Made by a program: the position numbers and the translations under genes
Origin: Cetorhinus maximus
Lineage: Eukaryota
Reading direction: 5' to 3'
Assembly: GCF_964194155.1 (NCBI RefSeq)
Contig: NW_027596599.1
Coordinates: forward strand, 1-64,000
DNA length: 64,000 bases
Notes under the pieces: model-generated
The model's input: only the letters and a program-made list of their open reading frames with translations
Database searches by the model: none
What the model was told of the DNA's origin: nothing
Shown: positions 23,901 through 36,860 of the stretch, one piece after another
How positions within the stretch are numbered: position 1 is the first letter of the stretch
How the letters are laid out: every line of letters starts with the position of its first letter

Positions 23901-24574
23901 GCTCCCATTGGTTCTCCAACCTGTGGTGGTGGATTCTGTGGCCCTTGAGCTTAATTCTGCCCATGATTTCCACATTCGCAAGCAACCCCAGTTTCCTTAG
24001 GGCCTGTTTTTTCAGGTATGGTCACTTTTATACTTTTGCTTTGAAGGATTTTTTTTTAATGATCTAGTTTCAGATTTTTTGGATGGATAATCCTGGTGCA
24101 CTCCAGGCAAGGTGACCAACCATGCCACCTTTTCCAGGGCTGTCCTGAAAGAGTTGTCTGCACTGAGAGTTGGTGGGTGAGAGAGTTTTAAGAGTTAATT
24201 TCTAACTAAAGTCTAGTTATTTCTTTAATTTAGCAATGAACTAAAAATTACTCTTTAAGTTAAGAGAAGTTAAGCTTTATTCCATCCATAAAACAGTGAT
24301 ATAGAAGCTCTCTGAGAGCAGTTGCAGCTAGTTAATTAGATAGCTGGCCTAAACTGGTTATCAGAAGCTTGAATCAGTAATCAGGGAGCATAAAAAGAGG
24401 CCTTCCTCAGCGCTGCCTTGTCTGCACTTGTTTTGCACCCGATTTCTTCTTTTGCTGTTCCCGGCATGAACTTCCTTCACTACCGTGTGTCTGCCCTGCA
24501 TGTAAGTAGTTTTGATCCTGGAACGCACTCCGGCTGAATTGATGAACTGGAAGCGATAATCCCTCACTCCCCAC

Positions 24575-24880
24575 TCTTTCGGGTCCGCACCCGCCCCTCT
24601 GCTCTTTCGGGTCCGCACCCGCCCCTCTGCTCTTTCCGGTCCGCACCCGCCCCTCTGCTCTTTCGGGTCCGCACCCGCCCCTCTGCTCTTTCGGGTCCGC
24701 ACACGCCCCTCTGCTCTTTCGGGTCCGCACCCGCCCCTCTGCTCTTTCCGGTCCGCACCCGCCCCTCTGCTCTTTCCGGTCCGCATTTCCCCCTCCTCCC
24801 TCTTTCGGGTCCGCATTCCCCCCTCACCCCCTTTCGGGTCCGCATTCCCCCATCACCCTCTTTCGGATCCTCATCCCCCC
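24575..24880. repeat. 28-bp GC-rich minisatellite (gggtccgcacccgcccctctgctctttc)n, about 7 good plus 3 decayed copies
   Basis: Period of 28 seen at 24581, 24609, 24637 and onward. Confidence 0.95.
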
Positions 24881-25029
24881 CCCCTCTCCGACTTACCGTA
24901 ATGCTCCGTATCCCTGTGCCAAGGTGTTTCAATCATCACAAAATATGATATTTCAAAGCGTAAGAGTTAATTGCATGCTGTACCTGACAACTTGCCCTTA
25001 AATATGGTTACAATATTTCTTCAGCAACT

Positions 25030-25386
25030 ACCTCATGAAGAATAACAAGCTGATGGCTCTCTCCACCAAGCAGAGATAAACATCAGTCTTCCCAAGAGGC
25101 GCTTCCGTTGCCTGGAACGCTCAGGGGGTGCATTCCAGTACCCCCCAGATCGGGGTCTCTGTGATAGTGGTGGCATGCTGCGCTCTGCACAATCTTGCGC
25201 TGGAAAGGGGGGGATACAATTGACGATGAAGACCTTGACGCAGTGGATGAGGCTGCACATGCTGAATCCAGCAGTGGCTCAGAGGATGAGGGAGCACGGG
25301 ACAATGAGGGGCAGGACTCCAACACGCTACTACACAAAGGAGGCAGGGACACCCGGGACACTTTAATCCAACGAACCTTCAGCTAG
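25030..25386 (+). mobile_element. Harbinger (HARBI1-like) DDE transposase C-terminal remnant
   Basis: KRRFRCLERSGGAFQYPPDR / VSVIVVACCALHNLA followed by an acidic tail; frameshifted, with the 5' part absent. Confidence 0.88.
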
Positions 25387-25590
25387 CGCCACACACGTTG
25401 GTCTGCAGGACCAGCATTGCCTGGCGCTTCCACATGTAGCACTTTGGTGCTACATCTTTTACCTCATCAGCTGCAAGTAAGGGCTTAGTACAGAAACATC
25501 AGTGTCCATTCAAACACGCATGATATGTCTGTGAAACATACAAATGCAGCACAAAGGAAACACCCTCAGCCATGGTGAGAAAAGTGGACT

Positions 25591-28541
25591 TTATTGCCAC
25601 CAAAATAAATTACAAACGTCGCTCTGATGCAGATAATGATATATTCCCGAATCTAGGGCCAACACAAAATCACCAGTGACACACCTGTGGAGTGCCAAAC
25701 GTTCCTTATACTTACATTTGCGGGTTGCTACGTCTTGGTGCCGCCCCATTGCTCCGAGTGGCTTGTGAGACAGCCTGCTGACTCTGCTTTCCTGTTGGCC
25801 TCGATGACCTTGGCGGGCATCCTCTGGCCCGTGGAGCTTGTGCTGGCCCCGCCTGGGAGGGAGTGGCCAGTTCCAGAACTCCCCAGTTGTCCCAGCCTCA
25901 ACGCATGCAATGGTCACTGGCAGAGGGTCGGAGGAGCTGCTGCCCTCATCCGGAGCGCCCTGAGATGAGCTCGCAGCGATGACAGGCAGCTGCTGCACTG
26001 ACGTGAGGTCACATTGGACCTCCCTGCTCACCGCAAATGAACGGGTACTGAGCTGCGACACTTGGCGCCCAGAACATCTCCCACATTGCCAATGACTACC
26101 TGTGGCCACTCGCGATGTGAGGGCTTGTAGGTCAGAGCGTAACCCAATCAGAAGATTCTCAATCTGCTGGAAGCCCCTCTCCATGATAGTCACCAATCTC
26201 TCAATGGAGGAAGCCTGCAGCTCTGTCCTGAGGTTCATGCCATCGCTGACACTCTGCCTGGATTCCTCCACCACACAGACCAAGTGAAGCACACCCTTGT
26301 GCAACCCTGCCAGATGCTCCCACGCACCCTGCCACTTCTCCTGCAGCTGCTGCATAGCTGACATCTCCAGAGGCAAATCATCACTGCCCAACTCAGCATA
26401 TGCCTGGTCCCCTGCAGTCCCCCAGCTGCTGGCGCCATAGGCACTCTCTGTCCATGCCATCTCCTCCAGCGATTGTGAAGTGCCCTCTCCACTGTGCCCC
26501 GGGACGCTAGCCGATGTCATAATCCCTACCGATGTGTTTGTCGCTGCGCTGGTGCCTGGCTCGCTGAAATGATGTGACACAAGTTGCAAGTCTTGGCCCT
26601 CAGGTGTGGAGGGGGGGGGGCTCTGGACTTGTTGTTGATGATGCTGAAATTAACAACAAGGACAGTGCATCAGTTAGCATTCAGTCAGTAACACCTTTCA
26701 TCCCTTTCCCCTCCAGCCTCATAATGCGCTCAACCTTCAAGAACCTATGGAGATGAACATTGGTGGGGTGGTAAATAGTCAAGAGGAGGCCCAAACATTA
26801 CACGCACATACAGACAGGCTGGTCAGATGACCTAAGGAATGCCACGTGGAATGTGATGTGGATAAGTGTGCAGTTAAGCACTTGGGCAAGACAAACAAGG
26901 CACAGGAATACATGAGTAATGGTAGGACCGTGGGAAGTCACGACAATTACAGGGACCTTGTTGGGCAGAACCGTTCGGGTAGCAGAAGAGGAGCATAAGG
27001 CGTTTAACAAGGTCAAAGCCAGACTTGCCTTTATTAGCCGAGAAATAGAATGTATGAAATTAGAGGTCATGTTGCAGGTGCAGAAAACGCTGTCGAGGCC
27101 ACATCTACACTTCTGCATTCACTTGTGATCTGCGCTTCATGGGAGGGATGGTAATTGAGTGGGGAGAGTGCAGAGGTTCCTGACCTGGATGCATGCTGGC
27201 CTGGAGAGTTGGAGTTATGAGGAAACATTTCATACACTTGCGACATTTGCTGTGGAGCACAGGAGATTGACAGGTCACATTATTGACCTTCATACTGTTA
27301 TGAGGAGCATAGACCAGGTGGACAGAAGGCAACATTTCACTTTGGCGCAGGGATGACTAATGTGGTGGCATTTATTTAAGTTGAGTGCCATGAGGTTGAC
27401 AGGTGAGGTGCTGAGGACCTTTTGGACAGAGTAATGTGGGACGCACTGGCTGAAAGAGTGGTGGAGGTACAAACCCTCCTAAGATGCAATAAGTCTTTGG
27501 ATGTGCAGCAGCGATGCGATAGTGGTCACAAGTGGGATAAGGCGACATTGGAAGGAGCTAGAGACGTGCATCCTCAAGGGGCCGAGGGACCTTTGTGTAT
27601 GACCCACTTGTCTGACTGTATCAGTCTGTGAATGAGCAGTGTTGCTGCATTAACGATTGCAGCAACCATCAGTGCTTTGGATGGTGGGGAGAAAGAGTGG
27701 ATGGGACTGTGGCCCTCAAATACCTGGCCGCTGAACCCCAGCGTCGCCGACACCTGCCGACCTGGCCACCTGCCTCCTCCCCAGCTCCATTGCCTGCTCC
27801 TCATAAGTGGTGATGTGCTGCAGCATGGTGTGCCCACCACCAGTCCGCTGATGCTCCCGGCTATTGTTCTCGGTCTTTGCCTGCAGGGCAGAGAAGAGCA
27901 TTTATTGGGGCTGATCGCTCATGTACTCTGCACATGCACCATGCACCCCAAACACAGTGGCCCATCTGAGGTCTCCAGCGGCTCCTGTCCACATTACTGG
28001 TGATCAGTCACCAGTAGATAGTACGGCTGCTCCCAACCCCCTCCCCTAATGGCCACCTTGGACACATTCGGCGTCCATCATTTTGAATAACACACGGATC
28101 TTAGCGCCCATGGCAAGGAGGCGCAACTAGGTGTGGCGCAGAGGCCAACAGACAGATAACCCTGGGAACCACAAGGGTTGGGAGGGCCTCAAAGGGCTAA
28201 GGCTACCTGCTGGGTAAAATGGCCATGGCGGACATGGTACTCACCCTTCCAGAGCACAAATCATTGAAGCGCTTGCAGCACTGTGTTCCTGTGTGCCACA
28301 CAACATCTTGAGAGCTAACAGCCTCTGCCACCTCCTGCCATGCCTGCCTGGTCATGTGGGGGGCTCTCTTCCTCCCATCCTCTGGAAACAACACCTCCCG
28401 ACGTTTTGACACCTCTTCCAGGAGGGCAGCAAGGTAGGCATCGGAGAACCGAGTGGCACATTGGACCCCTGCTGGCCTACCCTGCAGCCTGCCCCCCTGC
28501 TCCTCTGCCCTCACCTCTTCTGGTGCCCGGTCGCTGGCCAT
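25591..28541 (-). mobile_element. Harbinger Myb/SANT-like DNA-binding gene; exons 28541-28245, 27880-27724 and 26643-25591
   Basis: RFSDAYLAALLEEV..RREVLF....RQAWQEVAEAV....TGTQCCKRFNDL and TGGG motifs; GT-AG sites; convergent with the transposase as in Harbinger elements; element end (gaaaattc) at about 28792. Confidence 0.85.
26740..27560 (+). mobile_element. Highly diverged CR1 3' fragment inside intron 2 of the Harbinger Myb gene
   Basis: KARLAFISREIECMKLEVMLQVQKTLSRPHLHFC. Confidence 0.7.
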
Positions 28542-29579
28542 GGTAAACAGCCTAAAGGAGGCTGCCTGGCCTTTCTTTATACAGAGTGTCGATTCCCCAT
28601 TGGAACCGGTGGTCTGAACATGCCGCTGCAGATTAGAATTTCCAGCTGGACACGGGAGTCTGAAACGTGTTGGGTGGGCCTTAACTGGCCCGCCCGTGCA
28701 AAATGGCAGCGCTGCCCGTTTCCCCGGCGGCGATCGTCTCCGTGCCCGCTGCCGATTGGGTCGGGCCCGCCCACTCGACAAACAGAAAATTCAGAAGAGA
28801 ATGAAATGGAATATCAGACTGACGTAGAACAAAGAGTTGATTGAATAACGCCCATTAATCTGTGTTTCTTCGTCAACTTGTGCAATTCCAGACATTTACA
28901 AGTATTCTCTAAAATTATGAATTCGCTCACACCACATTCGTCCGGGTGGTCCATAATCACCCAAGTAATTCTTCTCTCATTCCCAAAGAGCCCTGGAACA
29001 ATTTTCATATATAAGGACATTTGGAATATTGGAGGCAGAGCCTCTGTTAGCTCCTCTCTGACTTCCTTTCATAGTCCAGGTTACATGACATCGGATCTGG
29101 TGACTTAGTCACCTTGAGCTCTGCTATGATTTTCTTATAAAATTTCTATTTTTCCACAGTTGTTACCATTATTTCTTTTTCCATATTCTTCTCGACCATG
29201 CCTAAACATTTATTTCCACACCACTTGTATGAAAAAGGTGACAAATATTTATGTAGTGGCTCCACCATATTCCATCACCCTCCACAATTAAAGGGCTAGA
29301 AAGAGAAAGAGGGGTTCCTTTTCATGGCATATTGGCACTAGATCTGGGAGAGGGAAGATTCTCTATTGGACCGAGTAATGAGAATGAACCAGTGCAGATA
29401 AGAGAAGGAAAAGAAAGAGAACACACCAAGGCAATAGTGACCATAAGATGATGATAGAGAAGGACATAATCACAGACTCAGAATTTTAATGGCACAGAAG
29501 GAAGCCCTCATCATGTCTGCACTGGCTCAAATGAGCATTATGACCTAGTGCCATTGCCCTGCCTTTTCCCTGTACCCTT

Positions 29580-29945
29580 GGATGGCGTGAGGAGGGCGAA
29601 TGGGTGTTTGAGGAGGAGGGGGAATGGGCAGGTGAGGAGGATGGGGATGGGTGGGTGAGAAGGAGGCATATGGGGTAAGAAGGAAGGGAATGGGAGATGA
29701 AGAGGAAGGGGCATGGTGAGGGTAAGGAGGAGAGTGCGATGGGGAGCTGAGGGAGAGGGGGAATCTGGAGGCTGAGAAGGGGGAGATGTGGTGAGGAGGA
29801 GGGAGGAGGGGGATGGCGAAAAGGGGGATGGGTTGAGGTGGAGGGAGGATGGCGTGAGGAGGGGGATGGGGAAAGGAGGAGGGGCGAATGGTGGCTTAGG
29901 AGGAGGGGTATGGGGCTGAGGAGGAGGTGAGTTGGGGTGTTGAGG
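29580..29945. repeat. Purine-rich (G/A) low-complexity tract
   Basis: Base composition; it produces the spurious Pro-rich ORF 29538-30002. Confidence 0.85.
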
Positions 29946-29983
29946 AGACAAATTCAGGAAAATCAGCGAGAAATACAAGGCAA

Positions 29984-30096
29984 AAACAAAGATAAAAACC
30001 AAAAAGGGTCATGAGGACTCGAAACATCAACTCTTTTCTTCTCTGCCGATGCTGCCAGACCTGCTGATTTTTTCCAGGTAATTCTGTTTTTGTTTT
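29984..30096 (+). mobile_element. Penelope-derived short element with a 16-bp flanking direct repeat
   Basis: gagaaatacaaggcaa at 29968-29983 and 30097-30112; body gactcgaaacatcaactc...gatgctgccagacctgctga. Confidence 0.8.
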
Positions 30097-32199
30097 GAGA
30101 AATACAAGGCAATTGACAAGAAACTATTTTGTATATAATAAGTTAGACTTGGTTATAAAAATTACACTTTTAAAATTTGCAGATGATACTAAACTTGGCA
30201 GCGAGCTGAATAGTGAAGAGAAGAGTAGCTGACTTCAGGAGCATATGGACTGGTGAAATGGACAGGCTCAAGGCAAATGAGATTTAATGTGGATAAGTGT
30301 GAAGTGATGCACTTCCATAGTGGAAAGATGTAGAGACATCATAACCTAAATGGACTTATTTAGACAGGGCCGGTCTTAATGTTGATTGACTGCCTGGGGA
30401 GAGCCTGATAATACTGAAAACAACCTCTGCAAAGAATTTGGCGAACTCCAAAATCTGTTTCGAACTAACACTAGTGCTAGTTAAATAGAACAAATTTCTG
30501 GTTTCTGAACACATGGATAACACTCAACACCCTGTTAACTCACATCAGTGGTGAGCAGTCAACAGTTGTAGCTTAGAAAATCACATTAGTGATTGAATGT
30601 GGGAGAGGACAGACTATCTTCACTTGTGACCCTGTCTATCGAAAATGATGTGATTCAAAATGTCTTGGTGAATAAGGTTTTTTTAAAATCGGCATTATTA
30701 TTTATTAGTTCAGTGTTTAACGTGTAGATTATTTGCCACTTAAATGCAATGTTATTCTTATAACTTAAATAATAGTCAATCGAAGAAAAACTTCCAAGAT
30801 TGCAGTTTTCTTTCTGAAACTTTCACTAAATACCACTACATACAACTCAAAGGGCATCAAAATACACATTTGTCCAGGCCAGCATTTTCCTAAAGGAACA
30901 TAGGAACAGCAGAAGGGGTATTTAGCCCCTTGAAGCTGTTCTGTCATTCAGTGAGATCATAGCTGAGCTTCGATCTAACTCCATATACCTGCCTTTTCCT
31001 TTATCCCTTGGCTGACAAATATCAATCTATGTCTGACTTGAAATTCAAAATTGATCTAGCATCGATTGCCATTTGGGGAAGAGAGTTGCAGACTTCTACC
31101 AGTCTTTTCATCTTGAAGTATTTCCTCGTTTCACTCCTGTAACGTCTGGCTCTATTTTCCGGAATAACTTCCATCATTTCTTACTTTGTTATTTTGTCCT
31201 TCCCGCTCCTCTAGTACCTTTTCTTATTCATCCTCACCGTACACATATCTTTCTCTAGATACTCAACTCATCATCATTCCCACACTCATCACTACTCACA
31301 GCCAGAATCTCCCTGCACCTTCCCAACAGCATGTTTGTCCTAACCACGTTCTCTGGCTTCTGATCTACTGGATCTTCTGTATTAGGCTTTAGTGTTTGAT
31401 TGAATGAAATGGTGGGGAGGTTCAATAGGCTTAATGTCCTACTCCTGTTCCAGTAGCTTCCCATTGTTGTGGCTTTATCAGTGTCTTTACAAGTGTTCTC
31501 CCTGTTGTCAGTGCATCCTCTATTATTTTATGTGTTTGGTTTCCCCCCGCACTTATTTCTGTTTCCTGCTGACTCTGTCTGTTGGTAAAAATCCCTGACA
31601 CAGTTCTCCAGTGATTCCCCCCTCAATATTGAATACCAGCCCGTCCACTGACCGTTTAGCCAATTAGTCCTATATTATTCACTCTGCTTTTCTAATTAGC
31701 TTTTCAATCGCTTCCTTCCATTAGTTCATGTCCACTCCTGTCCAAGACCCAAAGGCTCTCCCTTCATGTTCTTTGCAGCTGAGATCAGCAATTTGCTCAT
31801 CATTTTACTATTGACTCTTGTGCTCTTTCATGCTGGAAAATCAAAGCTTTTTGAGTCTATTTTTGGACTTTCATCAGGCTACAATGTGTTAACATTTGAA
31901 TTTTGTATATTCCAGGACAGTACATCTGATGACATGTTCTCGAAAAATTACTGAGTAACATTATGAAGTGTTTGTTTCAGTTTCTGCTATTAAATATATC
32001 ACATTTGCATAATTAGTTAAAATGTTTATCAGCCAATCAAAGCAGAAAGCCGTCTGTCACTGGGAGCATTTAATGGATGCACCCAGGATGGAGAATGGAG
32101 TGATGTAATAGACCTTCTCAGAACTGGTGTGGAGATATTTTGCTGTTTACTTATTTAACCCACAAACTCCTCAAGTGTGCACATCTACCAAATAGCAGG

Positions 32200-33160
32200 T
32201 ATAGGTGAGGTGAGGGTGACTGCCCTTGACATCTCAGCTTCAGGGCATCATTGCAGGAGTTCCTTCAGATAGTGTCCTAGGCCAAACCATCTTCAGCTTC
32301 ATCAATATACTTCCTTCCATCATAAGGTCAGAAGTGGGTTTGTTTGCTGATGATTGCACAATGTTCAGCACCATTCGTGACTTCTCAGACACTGGAGAAG
32401 CCCATGTCCAAATGCAGCAAGGCGTGGATAATATCCAGGCTTGGGCTGACAACTGGCTAGTAACATTTGCACCACACAAATGTCAGGCAATAACCATCTC
32501 TAACAAGAGAGAATCGAACCATCACCCCCTAACGTTCAATGGCATTACCATCACTGAATTCTCCACTATCAACCCCCTGGGGTTTACCATTAACCAGAAA
32601 CTAAATTGGACCAGCCATATAAATACTGTGGCTAGAAGAGCAGTTAAGAGACTAGGAATCCTGCGATGAGTAACTCACCTCCTGACTCCCCAAAGCCTTT
32701 CCACCATCTTCACGGCACAAGTCAGGAGTTTGATGGAGTGCGACCCACTTGCCTGGATGAGTGCAGCTCTCACAACACTCAAGAAGCTTGACACCATCCA
32801 GGACAAAGTGGCCCGCTTGATTGGCCCCACATCCATAAACATTCACTCTTTCCATCACCGATGCACATCAGCAGCAGTGAGAACCAACTACAAGATGTAC
32901 TGCAGGAATTCACCAAGGCTCCTTAGACTGCACCATCCAAACCCATGAACACTACTATCTAGAAGGGCAAGGGCAGCAGAAAGTTTGGAACACCACCACC
33001 TGGAAGTTCCCCTCCAATTCACTCACCATCATGTTTTGGAAATATATCGCCATTCTTTAACTCTTGGTGGGTCAAAATCCTAGAGCACCCTCCCTAAAAA
33101 CACTGTGGCTGTACTTGCACCAAATGGACAGCAGCGGTTCAAGAAAACAGCTCACACACT
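32200..33160 (+). mobile_element. CR1/L2-clade LINE RT to 3' fragment
   Basis: GVPSDSVLGQTIF...GLFADDCTMF. Confidence 0.9.
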
Positions 33161-33670
33161 TACCTCTTCTATGTGTCTTTGCTGGCTTCTTATGTCATCT
33201 TCACAACTCACTTTCCCAACTTTGTGTTATCAGCAAATTTAGCAATCACACTTTCAGTCCTTTCATCCAAGTCATTGATATAAATTGTAAACAGTGGATG
33301 CCCCAGCACTGATCCCTATGACACTCCACTCGCCACATCTTGCCAACTCAAAAGTGACCCACTATGCCTGCTCTCTGCTTCCTGTTAGCTATCTAATCTT
33401 CTACCCTTGCTAATATGTTACGCCCGACACCATGAGAAATTTCTTCGCTCATAGGATTGTGATGATTTGCAATTCTCTACACCAGAAGGTTGTGGAATCA
33501 GTGAATGTATTTAATACTAAGGACAGATTTTTGATCTCTCCAGGAATCACGGCATAGGGGGAGTGGGCAGGAAAGTGGAGATGATGCAGAATATCAGCGA
33601 TGATCATATTGAATGATGGAGCAGTGTCTGGGCCCGATCGTCTACCCCTGCTCATGGTTCTTGTGTTCTT
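33160..33670. mobile_element. CR1 RT piece (-) joined to a CR1 3' tail (+)
   Basis: 33160-33435 is the reverse complement of the GVS.GSVLG...KFADNTK region; 33435-33670 is a forward 3' tail. Confidence 0.7.
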
Positions 33671-34489
33671 CTGGTCTAATCAAATCAATTCATTAATAAG
33701 AAACACTGATCTCAATCAGTAAGCTTGTCACAGTGGGTTCTTAAATGGCTTAAGACTGGAAAATTAAAAGAGACAGATGTTCACAACTGATTTGTCAAAT
33801 AACGTTTGAGTGATAATAGAGAAAAAAACTTATAACATGAAATATTTGCACTTATATTATTAAAGAGTAAGAAACGGATATGAAGGGTGTGGAATTTGAG
33901 GAAAGTTGAAAACATTTGACAACAAAATGAGGAAAATCAGAAAGTAATGGTTCATGTGTAGAATGTGTTTTTAAAACCTATAGGAGAGAGAGATCAGAGA
34001 TGTTAAACTATAATTTTCCCATCAATGTGACGTAAGAGGTTGACTGATACATTTTCACAAAAGGAGGGATTACGGTCAAGTGCTCAACGGTGGAGTTTCC
34101 CAACGCCTGTCCTTTATCACTGTGGAGCCTTGGAGAGGCTTCTGGAATATAATTAAACATCAAGTCCTCTTTTTAGATCAAGTGCTGCTTTTACTGTATA
34201 TTTTAACAACAGTGCTTGGCAGCAAAGGTTTTGCACTGATTCATCTCAAACACGCTGATGTCCCACCACCTTCCGCCTGTGGAGCAACATTACAGGCAGG
34301 AAGGTCACCGGGTTCCTGCAGTTCACAGCTCATTCTACCCAGTAAGTTCCTCTCTACAATTGAGCTTCTATTTGTTTCTTCTCTCCCCCTCCTTCTTTCC
34401 CCCAGCCCTACAGAGGTCCTCGCTGATCTTTCAGTTCCCAGTTCCCATACAGGGTTTACACCCGGAATGTTAACCTGGCTTCTCTCTCC

Positions 34490-35097
34490 ACCTGTGATAG
34501 AGACCCACACCCATCAGTTTACTGCAGGCAGAAGGCAGGGAGACAGTGTGAAATTATGGGATGGATCTGTTAGTGACCTTAAATACCACGGAATGCCAGC
34601 GGTGCAGAATTTTCCTGTTGTTATTCCATCCCGGCTTGTAGAAGGGAAAGATTCTCTCAGTGAAAGTGTGGGTGGAAGTGTGGAGATGGGACATGTTGTC
34701 CGCATTGTAAAACGACACCTGTCCACCCTCATAGCCCAGGAAAAACCCGATCTTCCGGGGATTCACACTCGGGGGGTCGATGAAGGGGTGGTTCTGCCAG
34801 AATAACCTGTTCCTGGTTCGAGCCACACTATCCAGTATCCAGTTTCAGGTCTCTGGTTGATCATCTTTTTACTGTTGGCAGACCCTTGGACCATTGTCAG
34901 ACCCAACAAGTCTTGTTTCCCACCTTCACCTTCCAGCAATGTCTCCCTTTTATAAATTGCCCTAATCGCAGGACGCAGCCCCAGATGTCAAACCTCTCCG
35001 GGCTGCCGTTTGTCTCCGAGCCTCACACTGGTCCGGTTCTCAGACAGGATAAGCCGGGGATTCGCTGTGTTCAGATCCAGAGTCAGAGAGGCTGGAT
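34490..35097 (-). pseudogene. TRIM B30.2 (PRY-SPRY) terminal exon, pseudogenised
   Basis: Acceptor ttcccccag; [85 protein letters not shown]; several frameshifts. Confidence 0.92.
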
Positions 35098-35449
35098 CTG
35101 GGGGAAAGTTAAAATAACACAGTCAGTGATTTAATATTCTGCTCTGTTTAATTTGAATGCTTTCCTTTTAAAGATCTCACTCAGGTTGTAGTTTAAATTC
35201 TTGGAATTTGCTGTTACCTGAGAGTTTACACCCTGGGTGTCTGGAGATAAAGACCTGAAATTCACTGGAAACATTGGGTGGAGGGGCGGGCTGCGGAGTG
35301 TGGGAGAGTGTGGTTGGAGAGCAAGAGTGCTCAGTGGGGAAGACAAACTGAATGATGGTGGGGTAAGGGGAAAGTACATTGCGGCAAGGGGTGAGTGAGC
35401 AGGGGTAATGAGGATGGTGCAGGGAAAAGTCTGGTTCAGTCAGAGACAG

Positions 35450-36500
35450 AGTCGGAGTCAGACACCGTGGACAAGGAGCGGATGGAGAATCGGTAATAAC
35501 TTTGTAAGGTAATAACTTAAATCTTCTCAATACTCATTTGAAAGAAATTCCGGTTCCTACATAACTGAATTCCAAATAAGCTGCTTGAAAACAAACTGGT
35601 GGTGGAAGGTCCAAGACAGTTCGAAGAGAGGTAGAGTTGGTTGTCATTGGTGTACATCTGAAAACTGACCCTGTTTCTGTGGATGAGGTTGACCTGTGCA
35701 ACATCTGGATCAGTAATAGAGAGATGTAAAGAATAAATCCTGGGGAGATTCCGGATACAGTGCTGAGGGGGGAAGAGAAACTATTGCTGCAGAAACACTT
35801 CTGTTGATCAAATTGGCAAATGTGGAACCAAATCAATACAGTCACACTGACAATTGAGGAGAGAAATTGGAGGAGAATGGTACTGATGACCATGTCAATG
35901 GTTACAGGATGGTCCAAGAGGATGATGAGGGTTAATGCGCTATACTCGCTGTCATAGTACATGTTATTTGTGACAATTATTAGACCCACTGACGCTCTGA
36001 TGGATGAAAATCCTGTTGTTGGTTTAAACATGTAACTGCTGGAAAATGGACATGGATTTCAGAAGTGAGCACACATTCAAGGACTTTGTTAAGGTAAGGT
36101 TGGAGATCAAGTGCAAGAACAGCGATTGATGGTCGGTATTTTTGAAATGGGCCTTATGAAAGTGGGGGAATTTGAAAATTAGCTGGACAGGAAGTGAGGA
36201 GATGCCCCCATTTACAATGTGAGCTAACATGGGAACAGGACGGGAAGTTGGATAGCAGCAGTTCAGTGGGAATGTGCTTAATGGAGCTCGGAGGAGGGTC
36301 CAGAAGAGGATACAATCTCAGTAAAAAGCTGCAGCAAATACAGAGATCACAGTACAACTGGAATTCAGCTCAGACGAAAGCCAATTCCTGACCAGAACCC
36401 AGCAAAGTAGCAGAGTGAAGCTCAGAGATCAGCTATGCAGCGAAGTATTGTTCTGACCAGGAATTTATAACAAATGACATTAAACTTGAAGCGATTGAGT
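35450..36500 (-). mobile_element. L2 LINE RT remnant
   Basis: Degenerate GISPGFIL and GVSFQMYTNDNQLY (YADDTQLY-like). Confidence 0.65.
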
Positions 36501-36579
36501 GGAAGAGCAGAATCATGGTAGCCAGTGAACACTGGGGGTGATATTGGAAATTGGTGAGGACGCAAAACAGTAGAATCAC

Positions 36580-36860
36580 ATTTTTTCAATTGTTCATGGG
36601 ATGTGGATCTGGAGTCACATGTAGGCCAGACCAGGTAAGGACGGCAGATTTCCTTCCCTAAAGGGGCATTAGTGAATCAGATGAGTTTTTAAAACAATCG
36701 GCAATGGGGCAATGTAATAGTCATCATCAGACTTTTAATTCCAGATTTTTATTGAATTTAAATTTCACCAGCTGACATGGTGGGATTCGAAACTGACTCC
36801 CCAGAGCATAACCCTGGGTCTCTGGAATACTAGTCCAGTTACAGTACCACGATGCCACCT
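36580..36860 (-). mobile_element. tRNA-derived SINE
   Basis: Reverse complement has A box tggcatcgtgg, B box gtttcgaatccc, SINE body and tgaa tail. Confidence 0.75.

Noticed and set aside
24361-24932. Arg/Gly-rich ORFs
   Set aside because: Translations of the 28-bp minisatellite
34080-34805. 241-aa + strand ORF
   Set aside because: Antisense to the TRIM B30.2 pseudo-exon and its 3' UTR; no recognisable domain
36770-36860. tRNA gene
   Set aside because: A and B boxes run into a SINE body and tail; no clean cloverleaf
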